Below are positions 62,301-64,000 of a DNA stretch of 64,000 nt, in pieces. The notes below the pieces were generated by a model that searched no databases, was not told the DNA's origin, and worked only from the letters and a program-made list of their open reading frames with translations. The translations under genes were made by a program, and so were the position numbers. Origin of the DNA: Eledone cirrhosa (lineage: Eukaryota); contig OZ024743.1 in assembly GCA_964016885.1 (NCBI GenBank), forward strand, positions 137,640,001 to 137,704,000, written 5' to 3'. The first letter of the stretch is position 1; each line of letters starts with the position of its first letter.

Positions 62301-64000
62301 GCTTGGTGCTTGGTGTTTGGTGCTTGCTGCTGGCTGCTTGGTGTTTGGTGCCTGGTGATTGGTGCTTGGTGTTTGGTGCTTGGTGTTTGGTGTTTGGTGG
62401 TAGGTGCTTGGTGTTTGGTTCTTGGTGCTTGGTGTTTGTACTTGGTGCTTGGTGCTTGGTTCTTGGTGTTTGGTGCTTGGTGCTTGGTGTTTGGTGCTTG
62501 GTGCTTGGTGTTTGGTGCTTGGTGTTTGGTGCTTGGTGTTTGGTGCTTGGTGCTTGGTGCTTGGTGTTTGGTGCCTGGTGTTTGGTGCTTGGTGTTAGGT
62601 GTTTGGTGCTTGGTGCTTGGTGTTAGGTGTTTGGTGCTTGGTGTTTGGTGCTTGGTGTTTGGTGCTTGGTGCTTGGTGCTTGGTGCTTGGTGTTTGGTGG
62701 TTGGTGTTTGGTGCTTGGTGTTAGGTGTTTGGTGCTTGGTGCTTGGTGTTTGGTGTTTGGTACTTGGTGTTTGGTGTTTGGCGCTTGGTGTTTGGTGCTT
62801 TTTGCTTGGTGCTTGGTGCTTGGTGTTTGGTGCTTGGTGCTTGGTGTTTGGTGCTGGGTGCTTGGTGTTTGGTGTTTGGTGTTATATGCTTGGTGTTTGA
62901 TGCTTGGTGCTTGGTGCTTGGTGTTTGGTGTTTGGTGTTTGTACTTGGTGCTTGGTGCTTGGTGCTTGGTGTTTGGTGCTTGGTGTTTGGTGCTTGGTGC
63001 TTGGTGCTTGGTGCTTGGTGCTTGGTGTTTGGTGGTTGGTGTTTGGTGCTTGGTGTTAGGTGTTTGGTGCTTGGTGCTTGGTGTTTGGTGTTTGGTGCTT
63101 GGTGTTTGGTGTTTGGTGCTTGGTGTTTGGTGCTTGGTACTTGGTGCTTGGTGCTTGGTGTTAGGTGTTTGGTGCTTGGTGTTTGGTGCTTGGTGTTTGG
63201 TGCTTGGTGCTTGGTGCTTGGTGCTTGGTGTTTGGTGGTTGGTGTTTAGTGCTTGGTGTTAGTTGTTTGGTGCTTGGTGCTTGGTGTTTGGTGTTTGGTG
63301 CTTGGTGTTTGGTGTTTGGTGCTTGGTGTTTGGTGCTTTTTGCTTGGTGCTTGGTGCTTGGTGTTTGGTGCTTGGTGCTTGGTGTTTGGTGCTGGGTGCT
63401 TGGTGTTTGGTGTTTGGTTTTATATGCTTGGTGTTTGATGCTTGGTGCTTGGTGTTTGGTGTTTGGTGCTTGGTGTTTGATGTTTGGTGCTTGGTGCTTG
63501 GTGTTTGGTGCTTGGTGCTTGGTGTTTGGTGCTTGGTGCTTGGTGTTTGGTGCTTGGTGTTTGGTGCTTGATGTTTGGTGCTTGGTGCTTGGTGCTTGGT
63601 GCTTGGTGTTTGGTCGTTGGTGCTTGGTGCTTGGTGTTAGGTGTTTGGTGCTTGGTGCTTGGTGTTTGGTGTTTGGTGCTTGGTGTTTGGTGTTTGGTGC
63701 TTGCTGCTGGCTGCTTGGTGTTTGGTGCTTGGTGATTGGTGCTTGGTGTTTGGTGCTTGGTGTTTGGTGTTTGGTGCTAGGTGCTTGGTGTTTGGTGCTT
63801 GGTGCTTGGTGTTTGTACTTGGTGCTTGGTGCTTGGTTCTTGGTGTTTGGTGCTTGGTGCTTGGTGTTTGGTGCTTGGTGCTTGGTGTTTGGTGCTTGGT
63901 GTTTGGTGCTTGGTGTTTGGTGCTTGGTTCTTGGTGCTTGGTGTTTGGTGCTTGGTGTTTGGTGCTTGGTGTTGGGTGTTTGGTGCTTGGTGTTTGGTGC
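59350..64000 (+). repeat. Duplications at offsets 1760 (~59350-60040 to ~61110-61800) and 3193 (~59670-60807 to ~62860-64000, running off the window)
   Basis: ORF pairs 59504/61264 and 59578/61338 are offset 1760. Pairs 60060/63253, 60070/63263 and 60291/63484 are offset 3193. GGTCGTT occurs at 60419 and 63612, and GGTTTTATATGC is present in both 3193 copies. Confidence 0.88.

Larger units (their letters stand above)
1..64000 (+). repeat. 7-bp tandem satellite array, consensus (YTTGGTG)n = TTTGGTG/CTTGGTG; G/T-rich on + strand; extends beyond both window ends
   Basis: Every line of the window reads as TTTGGTG/CTTGGTG monomers or close variants. No inverted segment and no non-repeat insert was seen. 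All three + frames translate to the same 7-aa period, as expected for a 7-bp unit. Confidence 0.99.

Noticed and set aside
2-63735. Hundreds of + strand ORFs encoding hydrophobic (F/L)G(V/A)WCLV repeats, up to 764 aa (53932..56226)
   Set aside because: A stop-free 7-bp unit gives the same heptapeptide in all three frames. The ORFs overlap in every frame, most begin at TTG/GTG codons intrinsic to the repeat, and stops and frameshifts arise from ordinary variants. There is no unique domain or frame preference.
1-64000. CRISPR-like or other repeat-spacer array (landmark cassettes separated by variable sequence)
   Set aside because: The intervening sequence is the same heptamer rather than unique spacers. 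Spacing is irregular, and there is no leader or cas gene.
1-64000. Pure sequencing or base-calling artefact
   Set aside because: Rare variants and C/T order are reproduced exactly in copies 2-10 kb apart, with consistent length arithmetic and private substitutions. Random error would not produce this. Local mis-assembly of copy number remains possible.
1-64000. Fungal RIP signature (TG to TA variants such as GGTACTT, TTAGTG, GGTATTT)
   Set aside because: These variants are sparse and no more prominent than transversion variants (GCTG, GTTG, GATT). A RIP-exposed array would be far more A/T-shifted.

Overview
The whole 64 kb window is one uninterrupted tandem array of a 7-bp monomer, consensus (YTTGGTG)n. 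It is a mix of TTTGGTG and CTTGGTG (CACCAAA/CACCAAG on the - strand), with roughly 9,100 monomers (64000/7) in a single orientation and both array ends outside the window. I found no gene, RNA gene, transposon, CRISPR array or unique sequence. All ORFs in the track are translation artefacts of a stop-free heptamer (FGVWCLV/LGAWCLV on +, HQTPNTK/HQAPSTK on -). The array is structured. Rare variant monomers act as landmarks and reveal nested higher-order duplications with offsets of about 0.43, 0.44, 0.52, 1.76, 1.91, 2.75, 3.15, 3.19, 3.27, 3.58, 6.6, 7.3-7.7, 8.3 and 10.2 kb. There is also a recurring diverged TTTGCTG cassette and a left-to-right turnover of variant families. This looks like eukaryotic-type simple satellite DNA (centromeric, pericentromeric, subtelomeric or telomere-derived), but the organism and location cannot be determined from the sequence. 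The offsets come from matching ORF coordinates and landmark motifs by eye, so block boundaries are approximate. I see no support for a new protein-coding system. What is of interest is the architecture of the array itself.
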